This document shows, one piece after another, positions 40,764-49,535 of a stretch of 64,000 nt of DNA (its first letter is position 1; every line of letters begins with the position of its first letter). The stretch comes from Eledone cirrhosa (taxonomy: Eukaryota), in contig OZ024742.1 in assembly GCA_964016885.1 (NCBI GenBank), positions 227,602,001-227,666,000 on the forward strand, given 5' to 3'. The notes beneath the pieces were generated by a model. That model was not told the DNA's origin. It saw only the letters and a list, made by a program, of their open reading frames with translations, and did not search any database. The translations under genes were made by a program, and so were the position numbers.

Positions 40764-41025
40764 AGAAGGCTCGTTCGGCTGGTGCTTATCCGGGTTTCAT
40801 GGCGTGAAGTGACTGACAGTACAAGACTTCCCCTTAGACAGAATGCCAGTTCATCGCAGGGTTACCACCCCGCTATTGCTGATACTCATTTTCAGCTGAG
40901 TATATTGGAGCAACATGAAATGGAGTGTTTTGCTCAAGAACACAACACACGACCCAGCCCAGGAATCGAATCCATGACATTATGATCGAAAGTCCAACAC
41001 CCTTACTACTAGGCCACGTGCCTCC
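40764..41025 (-). mobile_element. tRNA-derived CORE-type SINE
   Basis: Reverse complement has a GGAGGCACGTGGCCTAGTAGTAAGG A-box, a GGATTCGATTCC B-box and a TGTGTTCTTGAGCAAAACACT CORE-like block. Confidence 0.75.
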
Positions 41026-41260
41026 ACTAAGTATAGCATATAACACAAACAACATCATCATCATCATTGTTTAATATCTATTCCCTATGCTTGCACGAGT
41101 GAGACGTTTTGTCTAACGTGACCATGTCTTGCCCATATGCTCTATTTTTTACTGTTTGCTATGGCTGGATGCCCCTCATAATGCCAACCACTTTACAGGG
41201 AAGACTGGGTGCTTTTCCCATGCTCAGTCCCTTTGTCTCACATACAAACTGCTGTTATAT

Positions 41261-41450
41261 ATAATTGTTTCTTCTTTCGGCACAAGGCCAGCAATTACCC
41301 AGTGCATTACTGGTACTTTATTTTATCGACCCCGTAAGGATGAAAGGCAAAGTTAACCTCGACGGGATTTGAATTCAGAATGGCAAGGGTCGTAACTTTA
41401 TGCGTCAAGCATGGCGTCCAACCCTCTATCAATACTGCCAATTCACCGCC
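41261..41450 (-). mobile_element. Full-length OK-like SINE fused downstream of a 5S rRNA copy
   Basis: Reverse complement reads GGCGGTGAATTGGCAGTATTGATAGAGGG...GAAACAATTAT. Confidence 0.9.
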
Positions 41451-41462
41451 TTTTTTTTTTTC

Positions 41463-41587
41463 ATTTACGGCACCTAGGGTTCCCAAGTCCCAGGCGGTCA
41501 CCCATCTAAGTACTAACTAGGCTCGACGTTGCTTAACTTCGGTGATCGGACAAGAACCGGTGTTTTCAGCGTGATATGGCCGTAAAC
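41463..41587 (-). rRNA. 5S rRNA copy, probably a retroposed pseudogene
   Basis: Reverse complement is GTTTACGGCCATATCACGCTGAAAACACCGGTTCTTGTCCGATCACCGAAGTTAAGCAACGTCGAGCCTAGTTAGTACTTAGATGGGTGACCGCCTGGGACTTGGGAACCCTAGGTGCCGTAAAT, a full-length metazoan 5S with paired ends. It has a 7-nt duplication and is followed by A11 rather than an oligo(T) terminator. Confidence 0.93.
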
Positions 41588-41804
41588 TACTGTTATATAT
41601 AATAAAACATATAACACTATATATCTACAATATAGGTTGGACAGCTATATTGCTCTGTGTATCTGTCTTGTATACAAACTGTTGTTATATATAATACCAT
41701 ATCTATAATATGGGTTGAACAGCTATATCTCTGCCTGTCTCTCTCTATGTCTTTATCTGTTTCACACAATCTACTGTTACATATATAGTAGAACATATAA
41801 CAAC

Positions 41805-42640
41805 AAAACCTTTTATTACACATAACACAATTTTAAAATGTGGGAGAAAACCTGCACACTCAATCACACACCACAAAAAGGTGTGCTGGAGTTTCATTTT
41901 AAAAATGTTTTAGGCAAGACAACACACTTGCATCTTTGCTGAGTGTGTGATAGTGAGGCTAAGTTGCTGAAATAACAAGCACCCATGCTGGCGTCACCTC
42001 ATATGTTGGTAAGGTAACTTGCCAACAATGACAAGAACTTTGTTGTCAGTGGCCCAACTCCTCCAAATGTCTTAAATGCCACAAGCTGAAAATTAGTTTC
42101 CAGATAATTTCTAGTATTTTAGAATTTTGTTTATCCAGTGACCTTCACCCAGGGCCTATGATAGGGGGGGGGGGGGTCCAGCTGGTACTTTGTTCCAGGG
42201 CCCAACAGCTAAGAAGATCCTACAGTAACCATGCAACATCTATTTTGAGAAAAATCTTTGCCTGCTTCGGGCCCCAAAAGGGTCTTGTATCGCGTTGCAA
42301 AATTTCTCTTGGAGGCCCTCCCCTCTGCATTGTCCAGGATGTGGGAAGAAACAAAAGAATTATTAACTGGGGCATCCCAAATGAGACATTTTATTCAGGG
42401 GCGAAGGGTAAGACCATATGGCCTCTTCCTATCAACCCTGGATAATCCAGTTGGCTTCAGAGTTGAGTGGGGATATTAACTGAAGCCAGGGCTTGTTTGG
42501 TAATTAAGTTCAACTCTATATAGCGAGTGAAATACCTTGCATATGACATTTAAATCCCTTCAGACATTAGCGCCAACTATGAGCACAATGGAGATGCAGA
42601 GTTCAACCAGTCTGAGTAGGCCACCAATGTTGGTCATGAG
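41805..42640 (-). mobile_element. Fossil 3' end of a CRE-like (restriction-like endonuclease) non-LTR retrotransposon
   Basis: Manual minus-strand translation gives TRYIELNLITKQALASVNIP / LKPTGLSRVDRKRPYGLTLRP / LIWDA / FQLVAFKTFGGVGP / LFQQLSL, matching RLE motifs RH..LN, EP.GL.R.DGKRPDG, WD, P.A.ET.G and LFQRLS. AATAAA at ~41815. Confidence 0.78.
42150..42320. mobile_element. Possible MITE inserted in the CRE-like fragment
   Basis: Imperfect terminal inverted repeats AGGGCCT...AGGCCCT. It interrupts the RLE reading frame. No clean TSD seen. Confidence 0.4.
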
Positions 42641-42748
42641 CAAATAACATATCATATCTAGAATATGGGTGAACAGTTATATTTCTCTATATCTCACACA
42701 TTTAGGTGTTACCTTGTTATTTATATAATATAAATTGAATATACATAA

Positions 42749-43612
42749 GTGCCCAGTCCACACTGTAAAGTGGTTGTGTAGGTGTCACGACAAAAAGTGC
42801 CCAGTCCACACTGTAAAGTGGTTGTGTAGATGTCACGACAAAAAGTGCCCAGTCCACACTGTAAAGTGGTTGTGTAGGTGTCACGACAAAAAGTGCCCAG
42901 TCCACACTGTAAAGTGGTTGTGTAGGTGTCACGACAAAAAGTGCCCAGTCCACACTGTAAAGTGGTTGTGTAGGTGTCACGACAAAAAGTGCCCAGTCCA
43001 CACTGTAAAGTGGTTGTGTAGGTGTCACGACAAAAAGTGCCCAGTCCACACTGTAAAGTGGTTGTGTAGATGTCACGACAAAAAGTGCCCAGTCCACACT
43101 GTAAAGTGGTTGTGTAGGTGTCACGACAAAAAGTGCCCAGTCCACACTGTAAAGTGGTTGTGTAGATGTCACGACAAAAAGTGCCCAGTCCACACTGTAA
43201 AGTGGTTGTGTAGGTGTCACGACAAAAAGTGCCCAGTCCACACTGTAAAGTGGTTGTGTAGGTGTCACGACAAAAAGTGCCCAGTCCACACTGTAAAGTG
43301 GTTGTGTAGGTGTCACGACAAAAAGTGCCCAGTCCACACTGTAAAGTGGTTGTGTAGGTGTCACGACAAAAAGTGCCCAGTCCACACTGTAAAGTGGTTG
43401 TGTAGATGTCACGACAAAAAGTGCCCAGTCCACACTGTAAAGTGGTTGTGTAGGTGTCACGACAAAAAGTGCCCAGTCCACACTGTAAAGTGGTTGTGTA
43501 GATGTCACGACAAAAAGTGCCCAGTCCACACTGTAAAGTGGTTGTGTAGATGTCACGACAAAAAGTGCCCAGTCCACACTGTAAAGTGGTTGTGTAGGTG
43601 TCACGACAAAAA
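42749..43612 (+). repeat. 48-bp minisatellite, 18 near-perfect copies
   Basis: GTGCCCAGTCCACACTGTAAAGTGGTTGTGTAG(G/A)TGTCACGACAAAAA x18, with only one variable site. Confidence 0.98.
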
Positions 43613-43778
43613 GCACCCAGCACACAATGTAAATGTGGTTGGCGTAGAAACCAAGCCAAAATCAGTTCTGTGTGAGTATAACACGGTCCTCCGACCTGAT
43701 CTCTCACAAAGGAACAGCCCGTCCTACCCATGCTAACATGGAAAATGGCCATTAAACGATGGTGATAATGATGATGAT
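42749..43778 (+). mobile_element. Retroposon hosting the 18-copy minisatellite
   Basis: The array continues into TAGAAACCAAGCCAAAATCAGTTCTG...CCCATGCTAACATGGAAAATGGCCATTAAACGATGGTGAT, as at 36260-36397. Confidence 0.85.
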
Positions 43779-43781
43779 AAA

Positions 43782-44075
43782 GATTGCAAGCTGTCAAAGT
43801 ATTGGTTACTCTCTGATACGTTTGTCATTGAACCTGTAGTTGTGGAGACTACTGGGGTTCTTGGTTCCCAAGCCATCTCCCTACTCAATACTATTGGGGT
43901 AGAACCTGTAGCAGTAGAGATTTCTGGGGATTTTGGTCCCCAAGCCCTATCGGGGTGGTTTGGTCCCCCAGTACTATCGGGGTGGTGTTGGCCACCCACA
44001 TGAGTGAGCCACACGAGTTGGAATAGCTATTTCAGCATGTCTCCCTTATCATCCTGCACGGCAATGCAGGCGACG
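43782..44075 (+). mobile_element. Second CRE-like RLE retrotransposon fragment
   Basis: Manual translation gives KLSKYWLLSDTFVIEPVVVETTGVLGSQAISLLNTIG ... SEPHELE*LFQHVSLIILHGNA (K..KY, P.A.ET.G, LFQR.S....RGNA motifs), with an internal duplication. Confidence 0.72.
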
Positions 44076-44174
44076 AGCACCTGGTGTCCTGCACACCAGA
44101 GAGCATTTCCCTACACCATCCAGGCTAGTATCTTTGGGGTAACGATGTTTGAACAGACTTGGGAATTACACACC

Positions 44175-44176
44175 AT

Positions 44177-44215
<39 letters not shown>

Positions 44216-44242
44216 GTTTAACGTCTATCTTCCACGTTAGCA
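44175..44242 (-). repeat. (CAT)n tail of a minus-strand retroposon stub
   Basis: A (CAT)n run followed by CGTTTAACGTCTATCTTCCACGTTAGCAT. Confidence 0.75.
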
Positions 44243-44602
44243 TCATATATATATATCAATTACTTGAGCATCAACTCTTGTGTAAAAGCATAACATATAA
44301 CATATCATCAATATTGGTTGAACAACTATATTTCTGTTTCTGTCAGTCTTTCTGCCTTTCCTGTGTTTCTCTCCCACACTCAAGCTGCAGTTATATAGTA
44401 ACATATCCACAATACCAGTGAACAACTGTATTTCTCTACCTCTGTCTGTCTCTCTGTTTATATCTGTCTCACACACACATAAAACTTTATATAGTTTTAC
44501 ACTTAGTTATGTCCCCTGTAACCACAAGTGTTAGCTAGAAAACTTTCTTTTTCCCTAAATAATTCCATAAACAACAGCATTTACTATATTATGATATATA
44601 TA

Positions 44603-44608
<6 letters not shown>

Positions 44609-44644
<36 letters not shown>
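44609..44644. repeat. (TA)n microsatellite
   Basis: Directly visible. Confidence 0.95.
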
Positions 44645-44649
<5 letters not shown>

Positions 44650-45033
44650 CGTTATATTTATCAAAAAATTGAATTAGAAATTAAAACTATCATATAATCA
44701 ACAGATGATCCCAGAGTTTTTTCTAATTTATTAAAATTTAATTTAATTTTTTTCTATCTTTTTTCCTTTGTCCTTTCTTTCGTTCTTTATCTTTCCTTTT
44801 TTCTTTTTGTCTCTTTCCTTTTTTATTCTTTCTTTCTATTAACTATTTCAAGTTGTCAGAGTCAGTTATAACAGCTGGTACTTCATCTCCAAGTATATTA
44901 CATAGAAATAGAAACAATCAAAGTTTCACTTCTTACTCACCCTCTCTCTGTTTATTTCTCTATCTACTTATTTATCTATCTCCCTGTCTATCTGTCTCTC
45001 CACTTGTCTGTCTGTTTGTCTATCTATCCATAG

Positions 45034-45294
45034 GAAAAGAGGAAGGAACGAGGGAGCACCCCCTCTCTGTGCTCCTGAGGAAAAGGGTTGCACACTTTTT
45101 TCGGGGGTGTGTGCGACCCCCCAAGGCGCCTCCTCTCTATTGAGGATTTTGTTATAAATTTTATTTTTTGTTATATTTTATTTTATTTTTATATTTTGTT
45201 ATTGCCTCCTCCTTATTGAGGACGCCTTTTTGTGTAAACTCCCCCCTTTGTACTTGTCCCACTTTTGATGCCCTGGTGGCAAATAAAAGAAACA
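45034..45294 (+). mobile_element. Tx1-like 3' UTR-only insertion (type A UTR)
   Basis: Nearly identical to 52443-52703. TSD TATCTATCCATAG at 45021 and 45295. Confidence 0.88.
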
Positions 45295-45300
45295 TATCTA

Positions 45301-45824
45301 TCCATAGTAAGGATCAAACCGCCAACTTCTTTAAAAAATGAAAGAGAGGCTGTTTTCCTCTGTATAGTGGCTATGGTAAAAGAGATTATATGGTGGACGA
45401 GATTGAGAGGACTGAGGACAGATGCCTTTCTCTCTGGTCAACTCATTCCATTCTTTAGGTACCACTTTAGAAGGAGAATCAGAGCGGAGAGAGAGGCACT
45501 GCACCCCGGTAAATTTACTGAAAGGTGGGTGAATGTAGCAAAAATGGCCCGAGTGATTGGGTCTTCTCTGTATATAAACCAGTAGGTTGAAGAAGAAAGC
45601 AAAAGGAGGAAAGGAGCACTTGCACAACACGCTCCTGGAGTTGAGGGTTGTTCTATCTACGGAGTATTAAACAACCCATTTGTAACACCTCCCCCTATTG
45701 GGGATTTCGATTGTTGAATTTGTTTGTTTAAAAAATTTTTTTATACGATTGTATGTAAAATCCCCAGCATATGTCCTTGTATTGTCCCCTCTTCTTCTGC
45801 GCCTTTGTGGAAAATAAAGAAATA
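45301..45824 (+). mobile_element. Tx1-like 3' fragment (type B UTR)
   Basis: SIVRIKPP...WWTRLRGL...RWVNVAKM C-terminus, stop at 45585, then UTR to AATAAAGAAA. Confidence 0.88.
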
Positions 45825-45891
45825 TATCTATCTATTGATCTATCATCTATCTACCTCTCTGTCTAACTGTCTACCTATCTATTTACCTGTC

Positions 45892-46490
45892 ATACACTGC
45901 CCGGGCGTTACCGACCTGTGGGGCTATGTAGAACAACTATTGTCGCGGGTGGGACCAATCCGGTTGACTACCGAGTCCATTGTCATGATCAAACCGCCAC
46001 CCTCCTACAAAAACGAAGGAGAGGCGGTTTTCCTTTGTGTGATAGCTATGGCGAAAAGGGTTGTGTGGTGGACGAGGTTAAAAGGGCTGAGGTCAGACAC
46101 CTTTCTCTCCGGCGAGCAACTGATTCGTTTTTTCAAATACCACTTTGGAAGAAGAATCAGGATGGAGAGAGAGGTGCTGTACCCCAGCAAGTTTTATGAA
46201 AGTGGCGAGAACGGCTCGAGAGAATGGGCCTTCTCTCTACATCAGCCTGTAGGTTGAGGAAAAGGGGGAAGAGAGGAAAGGGGTACAAACCCTTCATACT
46301 CCTGGAGATGAGGGTTGCATATTTTTTCGAGGGTATGTGTTACTCATATGAAATGTCTCCCCCTATTGGGGAAAATCGATTAACTTTTCAATTGCATTTG
46401 TGATAATATTTTACACGTTTTTATTGTATGTAAACTTCCCCCGTTGTATGTGTCCCCTTCTTTTGTACCCCTGTGGCTAATAAAGAAACA
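45892..46490 (+). mobile_element. Tx1-like 3' fragment (type C UTR)
   Basis: HCPGVTDLWGYVEQLL... C-terminus. Exact TSD TATCTATTTACCTGTC at 45876 and 46491. Confidence 0.9.
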
Positions 46491-46643
46491 TATCTATTTA
46501 CCTGTCTGTCTAACTATCTATTTATCTACTGAATAAAGATACCTATTTATCTACTGAATAAAGATACCTATTTATCTACTATCTATCAGTCTGTCTTTCT
46601 ATTTATTTATCTATCTATCTATCTATCTATCTATTTATCTGTA

Positions 46644-47597
46644 TGGGCGACTGGCACATCGAATGTGCTCAGGCGCTCACAGTCCTCTGGCAAACGGACC
46701 TGGCGATCAGTGGAGACTCCACTTCGACATTCTATAGAGGGTTGGTCCGCAGCAAGTGTGACGACACGCTCGGAGAAACTCTAGGCGTAGAGGAGGACGA
46801 ACTAGCCAGTCTGTTCGGTAGGACCTTCCGCCCGGGACCAATGGACAACTTCCAAAAGTCCCTGGCCTGGCAGTGCTACCGAGGAGCTCTACCAGTTCGA
46901 GACAAGCTCTACAGACACGGGCGCCCGGGTTGGGACCCTTCGAAAAAGATCCGAGATGCGTGCGTGACGAGGAAACCATCGCACACGCATTTGTACACTG
47001 CCCGGGCGTTACCGACCTGTGGGGCTATGTAGAACGACTATTGTTGCGAGTGGGACCAATCCCGTTGACCACTGAGTCCATTGTCATTATCAAACTGCCA
47101 CCCTCCTTCAAAAACGAGGGAGAGGCGGTTTTCCTATGTGTTATGGCTATGGTGAAAGAGGTTATATGGTGGACGAGGTTAAAAGGGCTGAGGTCAGACA
47201 CCTTTCTCTCCGGCGAGCAACTGATTCGTTTTTTCAAATATCATTTTGGAAGAAGAATCAGGATGGAGAGAGAGGTGCTGTACCCCAGCAGATTTTATAA
47301 AAGGTGGGTGAATGTGGCAAAGATGGCCCGAGTGGTTGGGCCTTCTCTCTATATAAGCCTGTAGGTTGAGGAAAAAGAGGAAGAGAGGACGGGAGTACTC
47401 ACTCTTGGTACTCCTGGAGATGAGGGTTGTACATTTTTTTCAGGGTGTGTACAACCCCTGTGTAACCCCCCCCCCCCTAATGGGGATTTCAATTATTTGT
47501 TATTGTATTAATATTTTTTATTTTCATATACCTCTATGTAAACTCCCCATTTGTATGTGTCCCCTTCTTTTGTGCCCTTGTGGCTAATAAAGAAATT
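46644..47597 (+). mobile_element. Tx1-like 3' fragment (type D UTR)
   Basis: Frameshifted ORF2 C-terminus with zinc-finger region. Exact 22-bp flanking repeat TATCTATCTATTTATCTGTATG at 46624 and 47598. Confidence 0.92.
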
Positions 47598-47665
47598 TAT
47601 CTATCTATTTATCTGTATGTATCTCTGTTTGTCTGTCTGTCTATCTATCTATCTATATATCTATC

Positions 47666-47750
47666 TTGTTACACCCTTTTTACTCGATTATATGTAAACT
47701 CCCCCTTTGTATTTGTCCCTTCTTTTTATGCCTTTATGGTAAATAAAGAA
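47666..47750 (+). mobile_element. Tx1-like extreme 3' stub
   Basis: TGTAAACTCCCCCTTTGTATTTGTCCC...AATAAAGAAA followed by TCTATCTAT. Confidence 0.75.
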
Positions 47751-47770
47751 ATCTATCTATATATCTATCT

Positions 47771-48148
47771 TGGACGAGGTTAGACACCTTTCTCTCCGGC
47801 CAACAACTGATTCTTTTTTTCAAATACCCCAGCAAGTTTTATGAAAGGTGGGTGAAAGTGGCGAGAATTGCCCGAGTGAATGGGCCTTCTCTCTATATCA
47901 GCCTGTAGGTTGAGGAAAAGGAGGAAGAGAGGAAAGGGGTACAAACTCTTCGTACTCCTGGAGATGAGGGTTGCACATTTTTTCGGGGGTATGTGTTACC
48001 CATATGAAATGTCTCCCCCTATTGGGGAAAATTGATTAATTTTTAAATTGCATTTGTGATAGTATTTTACACGTTTTTATTGTATGTAAACTTCCCCCTT
48101 TGTATTTGTCCGCTTCTTTTGGGCCCCTGTGGCTAATAAAGAAACATA
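47771..48148 (+). mobile_element. Tx1-like 3' fragment (type C UTR) with internal deletions
   Basis: Matches 46070-46490 and 52760-53136. Confidence 0.85.
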
Positions 48149-48432
48149 AGCGAAAATGGCCCGTGTGATTGGGCTTTCTCTGTTTATAAGCCTGTAGGTT
48201 GAGGAAGAGAGCAAAAGGAAGAAAGGAGCACTTGCACAACACGCTCCTTGAGTTGAGGGTTGTTCTATCGACGGGGTATTAAACAACCCATTTGTGGGGC
48301 CTCCCCCCTATTGGGGATTTCGATTGTTGAAATTGTTTGTTTTTATATTTTTTACACGACTGTATGTAAAATCCCGGCATGTCTTTGTATTGTCCCCTTT
48401 CTTGTTGCGCCCTTGTGGCTAATAAAGAAATC
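48149..48432 (+). mobile_element. Tx1-like 3' fragment (type B UTR)
   Basis: Matches 53386-53670. Confidence 0.85.
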
Positions 48433-48524
48433 AATCTATCTATCTATCTGTCTGTCTGTATGTATGTATGTAAGTTTATCTATCTGTCTGTTAGTCTAGC
48501 TATCTATCTGTCTGTTTATCCATA

Positions 48525-49529
48525 TTGATGAAAGACGAATTGGCGGCGAAAAAATACTCTGTGTCGCCAATTCGTTCCACACACTACACCTTCTTCCCCA
48601 CCTACATGGGTAAAAAAACCCAGAGAATATGGATAACCACCATCACCCCAAACATAAACTACAGGTGGTTACTAACCGGTTTCCTCAATTTAGACGAGGA
48701 CAACCTCATTTCAATAGGGAAGGCATCCGGCGACGCGTTCAGTGGAACGAGTATCGAAGTTCTGACACAAATAAGGCCAGAACGTATCGCCCAAATCCCT
48801 GAGCGCGTCATGCTGGATGACCGTACCCACCTCAACATTATTGTGGAGGGTAGGCGTCCCTCCTGTTACCTCTGTGGCAATAGAGGTCACCTGAGGGCTG
48901 CCTGTCCCCAGCTCACACAGAAAAAAACACTGCTACCAACACCAACACCACCCCAACAACAACAACAAAAACCAACAACACCACCACCACCACCACAACA
49001 ACAACAACAACAACAAATACGTGAAAAAACAACACAGAATACTGTCCCACCCAACCCCTCCCCACCCAAAACAAATACAAAAACACACACACCGCAAACA
49101 CTACCAGAAAACATACTCCTCCCACCCAACAAGGAAGACGAACCCCTTTCGTCGCAAGACGAAAAAGATCCCTTCCAAACAGTAAAAAGAAAGAAGAGGA
49201 GGCGCACCACAGATACACTTGTTGACTTTAACCCTCCCCAAGAGAACACAAACTATATACAAACCACCCCTCCCCGTCACACAACACTAACTGCTACACA
49301 AAAAAAGACTTTACAATATACATACATGAACACAGACAACAAAGAACTACTGAAAACAATTTCATCAAACCCTTCGGTCCAAACTGAAGGGCCTAACTTT
49401 ATAACTGCTGAGGGACTACCTCATTTAAAAATGATTAAAGTCCCTATGAACTTTTATAAAACACTGAAAATAAATTTCACGGAGGACGTGCCCCCCCCTG
49501 CGCCAAACCAATCAACCGCGTCCTCCTAA
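48525..49529 (+). CDS. Retrotransposon ORF1 (gag-like nucleic-acid-binding protein), probably truncated at both ends
   Basis: CCHC knuckle CYLCGNRGHLRAAC (48864-48905), Pro/Gln-rich linker and basic FQTVKRKKRRR. Lies upstream of ORF2. Confidence 0.8.
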   Translation: MMKDELAAKKYSVSPIRSTHYTFFPTYMGKKTQRIWITTITPNINYRWLLTGFLNLDEDNLISIGKASGDAFSGTSIEVLTQIRPERIAQIPERVMLDDRTHLNIIVEGRRPSCYLCGNRGHLRAACPQLTQKKTLLPTPTPPQQQQQKPTTPPPPPQQQQQQQIREKTTQNTVPPNPSPPKTNTKTHTPQTLPENILLPPNKEDEPLSSQDEKDPFQTVKRKKRRRTTDTLVDFNPPQENTNYIQTTPPRHTTLTATQKKTLQYTYMNTDNKELLKTISSNPSVQTEGPNFITAEGLPHLKMIKVPMNFYKTLKINFTEDVPPPAPNQSTASS

Positions 49530-49535
49530 AAAAAC

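Noticed and set aside
41463-41587. Functional 5S rRNA gene or rDNA array
   Set aside because: It is a single copy with a 7-nt duplication near the internal promoter C-box region, oligo(A) instead of a T-run terminator, and a flanking TSD.
42717-43797. Long Cys/His-rich repeat ORFs (302-358 aa) suggesting a metal-binding protein
   Set aside because: A 48-bp unit keeps several frames open on both strands. The array lies within a dispersed non-coding retroposon found at other sites with frame-breaking variants.
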